From contig DATHAQ010000047.1 in NCBI GenBank assembly GCA_035296565.1, positions 1,027 through 65,026 on the forward strand: a stretch of DNA of 64,000 nt. Reading direction: 5' to 3'. Both the position numbers and the translations under genes were made by a program. Below the pieces are notes generated by a model, which had not been told where the DNA came from, did not search any database, and saw nothing but the letters and a program-made list of their open reading frames with translations. Source of the stretch: Thermoleophilaceae bacterium (lineage in GTDB: Bacteria > Actinomycetota > Thermoleophilia > Solirubrobacterales > Thermoleophilaceae). Below are positions 35,881-47,257 of this stretch, in pieces (the first letter of the stretch is position 1; each line of letters starts with the position of its first letter).

Positions 35881-37041
35881 TCAGGCCCAGGACGTCAGGT
35901 AGAGCCGCTGACCCTCGGTGAGCTCGTCGATCGACACACCGAGGGCGGCGAGCTTCAGCCGAGCGACCTCGTCGTCGAGCTCGGGTGGCACGGCGAGCAC
36001 CTTGGGCTCGAGCTTCCCGGCGTTCTGGATCAGGTGCTCTACGGCGAGCGCCTGGAGCGCAAAGCTCACGTCCATCACCGACGCCGGGTGTCCCTCGGCG
36101 GCGGCGAGGTTGACCACGCGGCCGTTGGCGAGCAGGTGGAGTCGCTTGCCGCCGACGTCGAACTCCTCCACCAGCGGCAGCACCTGCCGCGAGGGGCCGT
36201 CGGCCACGCCGCTGAGCGCGGCGATGTCGATCTCCACGTCGAAGTGCCCCGCGTTGGCCAGCAGCGCCCCGTCCTTCATGCGTTCGAAGTGCTCGCTGCG
36301 CAGGACCGAGCGCGAGCCGGTGACCGTGACGAAGATGTCGCCGCGCTCGGCAGCCTCCAGGATCGGCATCACCTCGAAGCCGTCCATGCGGGCCTCCAGC
36401 GCACGGAACGGGTCGACCTCGCAGACAACCACCGCCGCGCCCGCCCCGCGGGCGCGCTCGGCGACCCCCTTACCCGCGAAGCCGTAGCCCAGCAGCACGA
36501 GGGTGTGGCCCGCCAGCAGGATATTGGTGGCGCGCAGGATGCCGTCGAGCGCTGACTGGCCGGTGCCGTGACGATCGTTGAAGGTGCGCTCGGTGCGGGC
36601 CTCGTTGACGGCCAGGATCGGGTAGCGCAGGCCGCCCTCCTCGGCGAGGTGGCGCAGGCGCACGATGCCCGTGGTGGTCTCCTCGGTGCCGCCGAGCGCC
36701 TCGTGGCCGGCCGCGTTGACCCCGGTGACCAGGTCCGCGCCGTCGTCGAGCGTGATCTGCGGCTCGGCCCCGACCAGATCCTTCACGTGGGCCACGTAGC
36801 TCTCGGCGCTCTCGCCGCGCTCGGAGGAGATCGCCACCTCCTCCGCCGAGAGAGCGCCGACCACGTCGTCCTGGGTGGACAGCGGGTTGGCCGCGGCCAT
36901 GCGGACATCCGCGCCGCCGCGCCTGAGCGTTCGGGCCAGGACCGCCGTCTCGGCCGTCACGTGAAGGCAGGCGGCAACGCGGATCCCGTCGAGCGGGCGC
37001 TCGTCCTCGAAGCGCCGGGCTATGGAGCGGAGGACCGGCAT
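35881..37041 (-). CDS. Short-form (Thermotoga/archaeal-type) S-adenosyl-L-homocysteine hydrolase paralog
   Basis: LHVTAETAVL, NPLSTQDDV, EETTTG, NDRHGTGQS, GYGFAGKGVA (NAD fold), ANAGHFDVEID, and it ends ...YLTSWA. It lacks the approximately 40-aa insertion and the C-terminal tail of the adjacent ahcY product. Confidence 0.8.
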   Translation of the reverse strand: MPVLRSIARRFEDERPLDGIRVAACLHVTAETAVLARTLRRGGADVRMAAANPLSTQDDVVGALSAEEVAISSERGESAESYVAHVKDLVGAEPQITLDDGADLVTGVNAAGHEALGGTEETTTGIVRLRHLAEEGGLRYPILAVNEARTERTFNDRHGTGQSALDGILRATNILLAGHTLVLLGYGFAGKGVAERARGAGAAVVVCEVDPFRALEARMDGFEVMPILEAAERGDIFVTVTGSRSVLRSEHFERMKDGALLANAGHFDVEIDIAALSGVADGPSRQVLPLVEEFDVGGKRLHLLANGRVVNLAAAEGHPASVMDVSFALQALAVEHLIQNAGKLEPKVLAVPPELDDEVARLKLAALGVSIDELTEGQRLYLTSWA

Positions 37042-37075
37042 GCGGCCCTCCGCCCAGTTGATGCGTTCGCTGCCC

Positions 37076-38497
<1,422 letters not shown>

Positions 38498-38516
38498 TCT
38501 TCTCCTGTGATCGTGG

Positions 38517-38867
38517 TCAAGAGGCGGCCAGGAGCGCTTCGTGCTTGCGCTGCTCCCAGTCCAGCCAGTCCTCGGAAGCGACGCCCTGGGGGCGTTCGGG
38601 CTCGGACTCGAGCCAACTGTCCAGCTCCCCGCGTAGATCGTCCTCGTTGCGCAGGCGCGCGGCGAAGGCGACGTCCGACAGCCCGCAGTCGAAGCGCTCC
38701 AGCAGCTCGCGCAGGGTGCGCAGGCGTTGCAGCTCTCCGGGGCCGAACACGCGGTACCCGGCCGGCGTGCGCTCCGGATCGACGAGACCACCGCGCTCGA
38801 GATAGCGCAGCATCCTCGGCGACCAGCCGGTGAGCTCGGCCGCCTGATGGATGGTCAGGCCGTCCAT
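38517..38867 (-). CDS. MerR family transcriptional regulator
   Basis: N-terminal [41 protein letters not shown]. 19 nt upstream of ahcY. Confidence 0.85.
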   Translation of the reverse strand: MDGLTIHQAAELTGWSPRMLRYLERGGLVDPERTPAGYRVFGPGELQRLRTLRELLERFDCGLSDVAFAARLRNEDDLRGELDSWLESEPERPQGVASEDWLDWEQRKHEALLAAS

Positions 38868-38876
38868 TCGGCCGCA

Positions 38877-38902
38877 AACCTTACCACGATCGTGTCAAGG
38901 TT
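38877..38902. promoter_or_regulatory. 26-bp near-perfect inverted repeat (candidate MerR operator/promoter) 9 nt upstream of the merR ATG
   Basis: Minus strand AACCTTGACACGATCGTGGTAAGGTT. 22 of 26 positions are palindromic, the central CACGATCGTG is perfect, and it contains TTGACA. Confidence 0.45.
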
Positions 38903-38929
38903 GGGGCCGGCGCTCGTGCGCCGACGCAC

Positions 38930-39973
38930 TCAGGCGTCCAGCTCGGCCTTGAAGCGCTCGATCGGCTCGACCGGCGTGGGGTCGATGCCCTCCAGCACGG
39001 CCAGGTAGACGCTGACCAGGTCGCCGAGCAGCACCAGCGAGAGCACGCGCTCGAAGGGGGTGTCGCCCTTGGCGTCGACCAGGGTGCAGGCCGCGCCGGC
39101 GTCCCTGGCCAGCTTGGCTGTCACCTCCACCCGGCGGCGCACGCGCGGATGCTGGTCGGCGTTCTCGAGGAATACGGCCGAGAGCGGGGCGAGGGCGCGG
39201 CCGCGCTCCCAGCCGCAGATCTCGTTGTGGTTGGCCTCGGGCAACGCGGAGGCGAATGCGGCCGTCTCGGCGTTCTCGTTGATCTGGGTTTTCCAGCGCA
39301 TGGCCGGCGCCAGGGTGGGCCCGGCGCCGTGAACGACGGGGATGGTCCCGTGAAGGCGGTGGGCGATCTCGGCCGCGAGCGAGCCATCGGCTCCCGGCCC
39401 CCACTCGTCGGCGAGCCCGCGCAGCAGCGGCTCCGCCTGCTCGACCTCGCCGCGCAGGGAGGGCGCGGCGTTGCAGGCCGCGGCCGCCGCCATGACCCCG
39501 ACGGCCATGTAGATCACCGCCGCGCGTGGCTGCATGCCGGAGGGGACGCCGATGACCGGCACGCCATCCTCGCGGGCCGCCGCGGCGAGGCTGCCGCCGG
39601 TGGTGAGCACAGCCCGGGGCGCGCCGGCCACGCGGGCCGCCTCGTAGCAGGCGAGGGTCTCCTCGGTCTCGCCCGAGTAGCTCGAGCATAGGACGAAGTA
39701 GTCGGAGGTCAGCCAGCCGGGAGGCGAGTACCCGCGCAGCACCTGCAGCGGCCGGGTAGCGCGGTCGTCGAGCACCGCGTTGGCCAGGTCGGCGCCGATG
39801 GCCGAGCCGCCCATGCCGCAGACCAGCAGCCCGCCCGGCGTCTCCGCGCCGGGCAGGCCTGCCGACTCGGCGCGCCACAGTGCGTCCTCCAGCTGCAGCG
39901 GCTGGGCGACGATGTCGGAGAGCATCCCCGTCTTGTCGAGGTGCTCGATCGCGTCCGGCTGGATGACGGTCAT
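38930..39973 (-). CDS. Bifunctional phosphoglucose/phosphomannose isomerase family (SIS domain) protein
   Basis: ATG 39973 (MTVIQPD) overlaps the upstream stop (ATGA). GMGGSAIG, SYSGETEET, and the C-terminal EANHNE motif typical of the PGI/PMI family. Confidence 0.8.
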   Translation of the reverse strand: MTVIQPDAIEHLDKTGMLSDIVAQPLQLEDALWRAESAGLPGAETPGGLLVCGMGGSAIGADLANAVLDDRATRPLQVLRGYSPPGWLTSDYFVLCSSYSGETEETLACYEAARVAGAPRAVLTTGGSLAAAAREDGVPVIGVPSGMQPRAAVIYMAVGVMAAAAACNAAPSLRGEVEQAEPLLRGLADEWGPGADGSLAAEIAHRLHGTIPVVHGAGPTLAPAMRWKTQINENAETAAFASALPEANHNEICGWERGRALAPLSAVFLENADQHPRVRRRVEVTAKLARDAGAACTLVDAKGDTPFERVLSLVLLGDLVSVYLAVLEGIDPTPVEPIERFKAELDA

Positions 39974-40998
39974 CCGACCCTCTCCCCCGGCTCCACCCGG
40001 GCCTCGGCGCTGACGCGCGCCCCCGACTCCACCCGCGCGCCGGCTCCCACCAGGGCCCCCGGCTCCACATGAGCGCCCTCGCCTACGCGCACCCGCTCGG
40101 CCAGCACGCTCTCCTGGATCACGCAGTCGGCGCCCACGACCACGCCATCGTGAAGCACCGAGCGCTCGACCGCGCTGTCGCTGCCCACCGAGCAGTGCGA
40201 GCCGAGCACCGTCTGGGGGCCGATATGGGCTCCGGCGGTCAGGCAACCCTCGCCGATCAGGGACCCCGTCTCGTCACGCGGCGGCAGGTTGCTGCGCGGG
40301 TGGCCTGCCAGCAGGTCGTAAGTCGCCTCGAGGTAGCGCTCGGGCGTTCCGATGTCGAGCCAGTAGCCCTCCGCGGGCCAGCCCAGGAGCCCCTTGCCCA
40401 CCAGCTCCGGGAACACCTCACGCTCGAAGGAGACCGGCCGGCCGGCGGGGATGCCCTCCACGACCGGGCGCTCCAGCACGTAGGCGCCCGCGTTGATGCG
40501 GTTGGTGGGCGCGGGCCCGTCGGACTTCTCGAGGAAGTCCAGCACCCAGCCGGCGTCGTCTGTGGGCACGACGCCGTAGCTGGAGGTGTCCTCGACGGCG
40601 ATCAGCGCCAGGGTGGCCAGCGCCCCCGCCTCGTCGTGACGGGCCAGCTCGGCGGTGAGGTCCATGTCGGTGAGCACGTCGCCGTTGAGCACCACCAGCC
40701 GCTCCTCGAGCAGGCCCTCGTCCAGGGCCAGGCGCACCGGCCCGCCGGTGCCGAGTGGCTCGCGCTCGATCACGTAGCGCAGGCGCATGCCCTCGTAGAT
40801 GTCGCCGAGGACGTCGTGCACGCCGTCGGAGAGGAAGCCGCAGGAGAGGATCACCTCGGTCACGCCGTGCGAGCGCAGCCAATCCAGCATGAACGTGAGG
40901 AAGGGCCGCCCGGCGAGCGGCATGACCGGCTTGGGGACCGTGCGGGTGAGCGGGCGCAGGCGGGTGCCCTCGCCGCCCGCGAGAACTAGCGCCTGCAT
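39970..40998 (-). CDS. NDP-sugar pyrophosphorylase (mannose-1-phosphate guanylyltransferase-like, with LbH domain)
   Basis: LAGGEGTRLRPLTRTVPKPVMPLAGRPF, EREPLGTGG, YWLDIGTPERY, and C-terminal hexapeptide repeats. Confidence 0.85.
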   Translation of the reverse strand: MQALVLAGGEGTRLRPLTRTVPKPVMPLAGRPFLTFMLDWLRSHGVTEVILSCGFLSDGVHDVLGDIYEGMRLRYVIEREPLGTGGPVRLALDEGLLEERLVVLNGDVLTDMDLTAELARHDEAGALATLALIAVEDTSSYGVVPTDDAGWVLDFLEKSDGPAPTNRINAGAYVLERPVVEGIPAGRPVSFEREVFPELVGKGLLGWPAEGYWLDIGTPERYLEATYDLLAGHPRSNLPPRDETGSLIGEGCLTAGAHIGPQTVLGSHCSVGSDSAVERSVLHDGVVVGADCVIQESVLAERVRVGEGAHVEPGALVGAGARVESGARVSAEARVEPGERVG

Positions 40999-41002
40999 GG
41001 GC

Positions 41003-42277
41003 TCAGCGTCCTATGCCCTCGTAGCTGAAGCCGGCCTCGACCAGCGATGGGCCGTCTAGGAAGTTGCGCCCGTCGACGATCAGCGGCACGTTCATGCGCT
41101 CACGCATGGCGCTCCAGTCCAGCTCGGCGAACTCCGCCCACTCGGTCACGAGCACCGCGCCGTCGGCGCCGTCCAGCGCCTCCTCGACCGAGTCGGCGAT
41201 GGTGGCGCCGCCCAGCATCTCGCGGGCCCCCTCCGCCGCCACGGGGTCGTAGACGCGCACGTTCGCGCCCTCGCCCTGGAGCCGCGCCGAGAGCACGAGG
41301 CTGGTCGCCTCGCGCACGTCGTCGGTGTCCGGCTTGAAGGCCACCCCGAGCAGCGTGATCTCCTTGCCCACCAGGGAGCCGAGGTGCTTCTGGAGCTTGC
41401 CGATGGTGCGCCTCTTCTGGAGCTCGTTGACCTCGATCACGGCCGTCAGCAGCTGGAAGTGGTACCCCGTGTTGCCGGCCAGCTGCTTGAGCGCGCTGAC
41501 GTCCTTGGGGAAGCACGAGCCGCCGTAGCCGATGCCGGCCTGGAGGAACTTCGGGCCGATGCGGTCGTCCAGGCCCATGCCGCGTGCCACCTCGGAGACG
41601 TCGGCGCCCAGCTCCTCCGAGACATTGGCGATCTCGTTGATGAAGGAGATCTTCGTGGCGAGGAAGGCGTTCGAGGCCAGCTTGACCATCTCGGCGCTGG
41701 CCACGTCCGTCCGCACGCGGGCGCCGTCCAGCGTGCTGTACAGCGCCTCAACGCGGTCGGCGAAGCCCTGCGAGCCGTCGTCGGCGCCGATGACCACCCG
41801 GTCGGGGCTCATGAAGTCCTTGATCGCCGAGCCTTCCTTGAGGAACTCGGGGTTCGAGACGTAGCCGACGTTGGGAAAGCGGCGCACGATCGAGCGCCCG
41901 GTGCCCACCGGGACGGTGCTCTTCATGACGATCGCGTGGCCCTCGGACGCGCCCAGGTCGGCGATGACCGCCTCCACGCGCGAGAGGTCGGCGTCGCCCG
42001 AGTAGGTCGGCGGGGTGTCGACGCAGCAGAACAGCAGCGAGGCGTTGTCGAGCACCTCGCCCATGTCGGTCGTGAAGTGCAGCCGCTCGGCGTTTCCCCC
42101 CACGAGCTCGGAGAGACCCGGCTCGTGCATGGGGACCTGGCCGCGCGAGAGGGCATCGACCCTCTCCGAGACGATGTCGCGCGCGTAGACGTGGTGTCCG
42201 AGCTCGGCGAAGCACGCCGCCGTGCACAGACCGACCCAGCCGACGCCGATGACTCCTATGGGCTCCTTGTCGGCCAT
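41003..42277 (-). CDS. ugd: UDP-glucose 6-dehydrogenase
   Basis: IGVIGVGWVGL NAD fold, the catalytic GGSCFPKD motif, and LGVAFKPDTDDVREA. Confidence 0.9.
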   Translation of the reverse strand: MADKEPIGVIGVGWVGLCTAACFAELGHHVYARDIVSERVDALSRGQVPMHEPGLSELVGGNAERLHFTTDMGEVLDNASLLFCCVDTPPTYSGDADLSRVEAVIADLGASEGHAIVMKSTVPVGTGRSIVRRFPNVGYVSNPEFLKEGSAIKDFMSPDRVVIGADDGSQGFADRVEALYSTLDGARVRTDVASAEMVKLASNAFLATKISFINEIANVSEELGADVSEVARGMGLDDRIGPKFLQAGIGYGGSCFPKDVSALKQLAGNTGYHFQLLTAVIEVNELQKRRTIGKLQKHLGSLVGKEITLLGVAFKPDTDDVREATSLVLSARLQGEGANVRVYDPVAAEGAREMLGGATIADSVEEALDGADGAVLVTEWAEFAELDWSAMRERMNVPLIVDGRNFLDGPSLVEAGFSYEGIGR

Positions 42278-42317
42278 GAGCGGACGCGCCAGGCTAGTGA
42301 ACCGATCGAGCGCCCCG

Positions 42318-43763
42318 CTAGAGGCTGCGGCAGGAGCGCGCGATGCCCATCATCTCGCGCTCGGACAGGGACTGGAGAAGGGTGTTGGAGATCCAGTAGA
42401 CGGCCTTCTTGGTGCGCCACGCCACCAGGCGCAGGCGGTCGCCGTCGTAGTGGAGCTCGTAGGTGCGCTTGCCGACACGGCGCGTCTCGGTCGGGTTCTC
42501 GAGAATCGGGGCCTCGCGCCAGAGCGTGCCCTGCAGGCCGTAGTACTCGCCGACCCGGCCGCGCTTGATGACCATTCGGTAGCTGGGGTACCTGCGCCCG
42601 CTGCGGGTCTTCAGCTTGTAGACGCGCGGCGGCCCGGCGAACACGGAGCCGCTCAGGCGCTTGGTGGGATAGAGCACGGGGACGCGCTTGCTCAGCCCCT
42701 GCTGGGCGGCCTGCAGGCCCTGGTCGCGGCCCTCAGCCGGGATGTCCTCGAGGTTGTTGCTCCCGCCGCGCTTGCGCTTCTTGCGCGGGCCCTTGGGCTT
42801 GAGCTTGCCGCGGGGGCCCGGCGTCTCCTTCACGCCGAGGAACTGGGAGGCGAGCTTGCGCACTCGGCGCGAGCTGGCCGTGACGTAGCTGGCGCCGATC
42901 TGGCCCTCGAAGTGGACCTCGCGCACCGGCTGGTCGATCGAGCCCACGGCGAGCTTGACGATGCGCAGCACCTCGCCCCGGTCGCGGATGTCCGACGAGG
43001 TGTACCTGCCGAAGATCTTCACCAGCTTCGAGCGGTCCTCGATCAGCCGGCCCGCGCCCACCTGCTGCTTGGCCTGGCGCAGGAAGTCCTGCTGGCGCGC
43101 GGAGCGCACGAGGTCGTTGTCCTCGTAGCGGAAGCGCACGTACTGAAGCGCCTCGCGGCCGCACAGGCGCTGATAGCCGGCGGGCACGTTGATGTAGGCG
43201 TACTGGGCGCTGTTGTTGAAGTAGCGCCGGTCCACGTCGGTGTAGATGCAGCCCAGCGCGTTGACGCCGGCGTAGAAGCTGCGGAAGTCGATGTTGATGA
43301 CGTGGTTGATGCGCAGCCCGGTCAGCTGCTTGACCGTGTTCAGCGTCAGCCTCGGCCCGCCCTCCTCGTAGGCCGCGTTGATCTTGTCCGTGCCGTGGCC
43401 CGGGATCTTCACCTTGAGGTCGCGGGGCAGGGACATCAGGGCCGTCGCCTTCTTCTTGGGGTCGAGCCGGACGAGGATGATCGTGTCCGAGCGGGCATCG
43501 GCGGCGGCGCCCTCGAGGTTGTTCTTGGGCCGTCGGTCGGAGCCGATGAGCATGATCGTCTGCGGCTTGCCGGCCTCGGTCTTCGCGATGTCGGCGCCGA
43601 GCTTGAGCTCGGGCTGGGTGCGGAGGGCGTTCACTACCCGGTCGACCTCGCGGAAGGCGGCGACGGCGGTCGCCGAGGCGGAGGCGAAGATCACGAGCGC
43701 GGCCCCGAGCAACAGGCGCTTCCACATGCTCGGTCCCCGGTCGCCGTCATCGAAGACCGGCAT
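42318..43763 (-). CDS. LCP (LytR-CpsA-Psr) family glycopolymer ligase with C-terminal extension
   Basis: N-terminal TM segment. IMLIGSDRR ... RSDTIILVRLDP ... SLPRDLKVKIPGHGTDKINAAY ... INHVINIDF. Confidence 0.85.
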   Translation of the reverse strand: MPVFDDGDRGPSMWKRLLLGAALVIFASASATAVAAFREVDRVVNALRTQPELKLGADIAKTEAGKPQTIMLIGSDRRPKNNLEGAAADARSDTIILVRLDPKKKATALMSLPRDLKVKIPGHGTDKINAAYEEGGPRLTLNTVKQLTGLRINHVINIDFRSFYAGVNALGCIYTDVDRRYFNNSAQYAYINVPAGYQRLCGREALQYVRFRYEDNDLVRSARQQDFLRQAKQQVGAGRLIEDRSKLVKIFGRYTSSDIRDRGEVLRIVKLAVGSIDQPVREVHFEGQIGASYVTASSRRVRKLASQFLGVKETPGPRGKLKPKGPRKKRKRGGSNNLEDIPAEGRDQGLQAAQQGLSKRVPVLYPTKRLSGSVFAGPPRVYKLKTRSGRRYPSYRMVIKRGRVGEYYGLQGTLWREAPILENPTETRRVGKRTYELHYDGDRLRLVAWRTKKAVYWISNTLLQSLSEREMMGIARSCRSL

Positions 43764-44884
43764 CAAGCAATCCTAAGTCGGGGTGTGGCCGGATCCTGTT
43801 GGTTGACCCGCTCGGGCAGCAGGCGGACGAACTCCACCAGCACGCGGCGGTAGCGCTCCAGTGAGGAGATCGAGACCCACTCGTCCGGGCCGTGGTGCCC
43901 GCCGCCGATCGGGCCGAACTCGATTGCGGGCACGCCGGCCTGGAGGAAGGAGACGGCGTCCGAGGAGCCGTCGCGTCCCACCGAGATGCTCTCGCCGGCC
44001 TCCGGGGCCACGCTCGCCACGGCCTCGGCGAGGGTGGTCACGAAAGGGTCCTCGCGAGACACGATCGCCGGCCCGCGGCGGAAGGTCTTGACCACCTTGC
44101 AGTCCGGTAGCTCGGAGACGGCGGCCAGAATGGCCTCGGGGTTCTGCTCGGGCAGGTAGCGCACGTCCACGTCGATCGTGCAGCGGTCGGGCACCTTGTT
44201 CAGGGCGTCGCCGCCGATGATGCGGCCGAGGTTGATGGAGGGGCGGTCGAAGAGGTCCGAGGACTCGCGCGCGAAGGGCAGCGCCTCGATGAGGCGAAAG
44301 GTGTCGAGGGCCTTGAGCACCGCGTTGTCGCCCTCCCAAGGCGTCGAGCCGTGGGCCGCCTTCCCGGCGACCTCGATCCGCATGGCCAGCACGCCCTTGG
44401 CCTGCACGCCGATGCGCAGGTCCGTGGGCTCGCCGGTGATCGCGAAGTCACCTACATAGCCCCGTTCGACGAGGTGGTCCGAGCCCCTGTTTTCCTCCTC
44501 CTCGGACTCCTCGTCGGAGACGCAGACGAAGTGCACCCTCACCACGTCCTGCGCGGCCAGGTCCCGGGTGGCGCACATCATCGCCGCCAGGCCGCCCTTC
44601 ATGTCGTAGGCGCCGCGACCGACGAGACGGTCGCCGTCGATGCGCGGCTCGAACTGCTCGGCGTGGCCGGGGACGACGTCCAGGTGCCCGTGCAGGACGA
44701 CGGTTGGACCGCTGCTCGCACCCACGGTCGCGGCCAGCACGGGGCGGCCGTTGTGGTGCGTGCCGGTCACCTCCACGTCGCGGGCCTCGAGCCAGCCCTT
44801 CACGAACCCGGCGGCCGAGCCGATGCCCTCCAAGGTCGACGTGTCGTAGGTGACGAGGCGCTCGCACGTTGAGCGCTCGTCCAT
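43763..44884 (-). CDS. M20 family metallopeptidase (ArgE/DapE-like)
   Basis: LHGHLDVVP, GRGAYDMKGG, DEESEE, and a C-terminal HGPDEWV motif. Confidence 0.85.
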   Translation of the reverse strand: MDERSTCERLVTYDTSTLEGIGSAAGFVKGWLEARDVEVTGTHHNGRPVLAATVGASSGPTVVLHGHLDVVPGHAEQFEPRIDGDRLVGRGAYDMKGGLAAMMCATRDLAAQDVVRVHFVCVSDEESEEEENRGSDHLVERGYVGDFAITGEPTDLRIGVQAKGVLAMRIEVAGKAAHGSTPWEGDNAVLKALDTFRLIEALPFARESSDLFDRPSINLGRIIGGDALNKVPDRCTIDVDVRYLPEQNPEAILAAVSELPDCKVVKTFRRGPAIVSREDPFVTTLAEAVASVAPEAGESISVGRDGSSDAVSFLQAGVPAIEFGPIGGGHHGPDEWVSISSLERYRRVLVEFVRLLPERVNQQDPATPRLRIA

Positions 44885-44908
44885 CGTGGCGAGACTAGAA
44901 GATCGCGG

Positions 44909-46495
44909 TCAGTCCTCGAGCCGGGCCTGCTCGAGGTCGAGGTCGCGCTCCATCTCGCGGAAGGTGTCACCCGTAATCTCGCGCGCGTCGGCCAGCTCGG
45001 TCAGCGCCCGGCGCTCGGCGTCCAGCAGCTCGCGGCGGATCTCGCGCGCGGCCGAGTGCAGCTCGGCGTCGGCGTCGTCTCCGTCTCCCATGTTCACCTC
45101 CTCGCGCAGCTGGGCGGCGCGCATCTCGAACTCCTCACGCGCGCGCTCGAGCGCCTGCCGGGGCACGCCGCCCTCCTCGGACAGCTCGTCGGCACGCCGC
45201 AGGGCGGCGTCGAGGACCTTCAGCCGGGCCTCCACGTCCTCCTCGTCGGGCTCGTCTCCGGAGGCGAGGCCGAGCCGCCCGATCAGCGGCCCCATCCCCA
45301 GTGCGGGCACCACGAGGGTCAGGACCACGGCCCCGAACGCGATGAACAGCAGGGTGCCGCGGTCGGGGAAGGCCTTCCCCCCGACGCTGACCGGAATGGA
45401 AAGCACAGCCGCCACTGAGACCGCGCCGCGCATCCCCCCGCCGGCGACCAGCACCAGCTCGCGCGGGGAGAGCAGCGGCTGGGGCCGCCAGCCCCCCGAG
45501 CGCAGCGCCGTGGGCAGTGCGGCGAAGTACGGCGTGATCAGGACCCAGGCCACCCGGACCCCGAGGGCGACCACCGACACCGCGAGCGTCGCCGCGATGA
45601 GCGTGCCCAGACCAGTCGCGTCCTCGGTGTCCAGCACATCGGCGAACTGGAGGCCGATCAGCAGGAAGAGCATCGACTCCGCCAAGAACTGCAGCGGCTC
45701 CCAGAAGGCGAGCGCCCGCAGGCGGGTCGAAGGCCTTACCTCGCGCGGCGAACGGACCCCCATCACCAAGCCGGCCACCACCGCAGCGAGGACCCCGGAC
45801 ACCCCCAGCCTGTCACCCGCCAGGAAGGCGCCGTAGGCGGTGAGCACCGAGATGGCGATCTCCACGTCGGGCTGGTCGAGCTGCCTGCGCACCATCGACG
45901 CGATCCAGCCCACGGCGCCACCCACCGCGATGCCGCCGAGCACGACACCCACGAACTCGAGCGTGGCCGAGCCCAGCGCGAAGCTCGCCACCCCGACCGC
46001 TCCGAGCGTCACCTGCAGGGCGCTCAGCCCGGTGCCGTCGTTGACCAGGCTCTCGCCCTCAAGGATCGCGCTCACGCGCTCGGGCGCTCCCAGCCCGCGG
46101 ATGATCGAGGTCGCGGCCACCGGGTCGGTGGGGCCGAGCACGGCGCCCAGGACGAAGGCCACCTCCCATGGGACACCGGCCACGAGGTGGACGGTGACCG
46201 CCACCGCGGCCACGGTGGCCAGCACCAGCCCGATCGCCAGGACACCCACCGGTCGGGCGTAGAAGCGGAAGTCCTCGGCGGCGAAGCGGAAGGCCGCCGG
46301 GTAGAGGATCGCCGGCAGGAAGACCAGGAAGATCAGCTCGGGGGAGATCTGGACGTCGGGCGCGAAGGGAAGGAGCCCGATGACCAGGCCGCCCAGGACG
46401 AGCGCCACGGCATGCGGGATCCGGCGCCGCTCGGCGACCATGGCGAGCAGCACCACGGCCGCGAGGAGCAGGATGAACAGGTCGACCTCGCGCAT
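44909..46495 (-). CDS. Na+/H+ antiporter (CPA1/NhaP-type), paralog of 5327-6907
   Basis: 528 aa, same architecture and motifs (GPTDPVA, ESLVNDG, GGMRGAVSVAAVL) with a C-terminal helical domain. Confidence 0.9.
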   Translation of the reverse strand: MREVDLFILLLAAVVLLAMVAERRRIPHAVALVLGGLVIGLLPFAPDVQISPELIFLVFLPAILYPAAFRFAAEDFRFYARPVGVLAIGLVLATVAAVAVTVHLVAGVPWEVAFVLGAVLGPTDPVAATSIIRGLGAPERVSAILEGESLVNDGTGLSALQVTLGAVGVASFALGSATLEFVGVVLGGIAVGGAVGWIASMVRRQLDQPDVEIAISVLTAYGAFLAGDRLGVSGVLAAVVAGLVMGVRSPREVRPSTRLRALAFWEPLQFLAESMLFLLIGLQFADVLDTEDATGLGTLIAATLAVSVVALGVRVAWVLITPYFAALPTALRSGGWRPQPLLSPRELVLVAGGGMRGAVSVAAVLSIPVSVGGKAFPDRGTLLFIAFGAVVLTLVVPALGMGPLIGRLGLASGDEPDEEDVEARLKVLDAALRRADELSEEGGVPRQALERAREEFEMRAAQLREEVNMGDGDDADAELHSAAREIRRELLDAERRALTELADAREITGDTFREMERDLDLEQARLED

Positions 46496-46562
46496 CGCCC
46501 GCCTGTTCTACCGAGGGCCGGTTCGCACCGCGCCGCGGCTCGCTGGCCCCGGGGCCGCGGCC

Positions 46563-47246
46563 CTATCTCGTCAGGCGGCAGCGGACGAGCGTCACGAGCA
46601 CTCGCAGGCCGTCCAACGCCCTGAGCTTCTTGCCCTCCTCGGTGCTGCGCGCCTTGTAGTGCACCGGCACCTCGAAGATGCGCTCTCCGCGCTGCAGCAG
46701 CCGCGCGGCGATCTCCGGCTCTATGTCGAAGCCGCGGGCGCGTAGCGGGAGCCGGCGGAAGACATCGGTGCGGATGGCCTTATGGCAGGTCATGAGGTCG
46801 CGCAGGTAGACGTTGAAGAGGAGGTTGGCCGCCAGCGTCACGGCCTTGTTGCCGAGCACGTAGAGGAACGAGTGGCTGGTGTAGCCGTCGAAGGCGCGCA
46901 CGCCGAACACCGCGTTGCTTTGTCCCGAGGTCAGCGCAGGCAGCAGGGCGGCCAGGTCGTCGGGGTCGTACTCGAGGTCGGCGTCGAAGACCGCGGCGAA
47001 CTCGCCCTTGGCCTGGGCGAGCGCGGTGCGGACCGCAGCGCCCTTGCCCTGGTTGACGGCGTGGCTGAGCACCGTCACGCGGTCGGGCCAGTCGGCTCCG
47101 GCGATCAGCTCCGAGGTGCCGTCCGTCGATCCGTCGTCGACCACTATGACCTCGGTCTCGACCCCGAGATCGGCTTCGAGCAGCTCGGCCACGGCCTGCT
47201 CGACCGTGGCCAGCTCGTTGTACACGGGCATGAGGATCGAGAGCAC
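46563..47246 (-). CDS. GT2 family glycosyltransferase (DPM1/polyprenyl-phosphate sugar synthase-like)
   Basis: LSILMPVYNE, VVDDGSTDGT, FDADLEYDP. GTG 47246 preferred (ATG 47231 is the alternative). Confidence 0.85.
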   Translation of the reverse strand: MLSILMPVYNELATVEQAVAELLEADLGVETEVIVVDDGSTDGTSELIAGADWPDRVTVLSHAVNQGKGAAVRTALAQAKGEFAAVFDADLEYDPDDLAALLPALTSGQSNAVFGVRAFDGYTSHSFLYVLGNKAVTLAANLLFNVYLRDLMTCHKAIRTDVFRRLPLRARGFDIEPEIAARLLQRGERIFEVPVHYKARSTEEGKKLRALDGLRVLVTLVRCRLTR

Positions 47247-47257
47247 GGCGGAGCAGC

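Noticed and set aside
38498-38516. SAH riboswitch in front of ahcY
   Set aside because: Only 19 nt separate merR from ahcY, and only 62 nt lie upstream of merR. That stretch is dominated by a DNA palindrome, leaving no room for the riboswitch pseudoknot.
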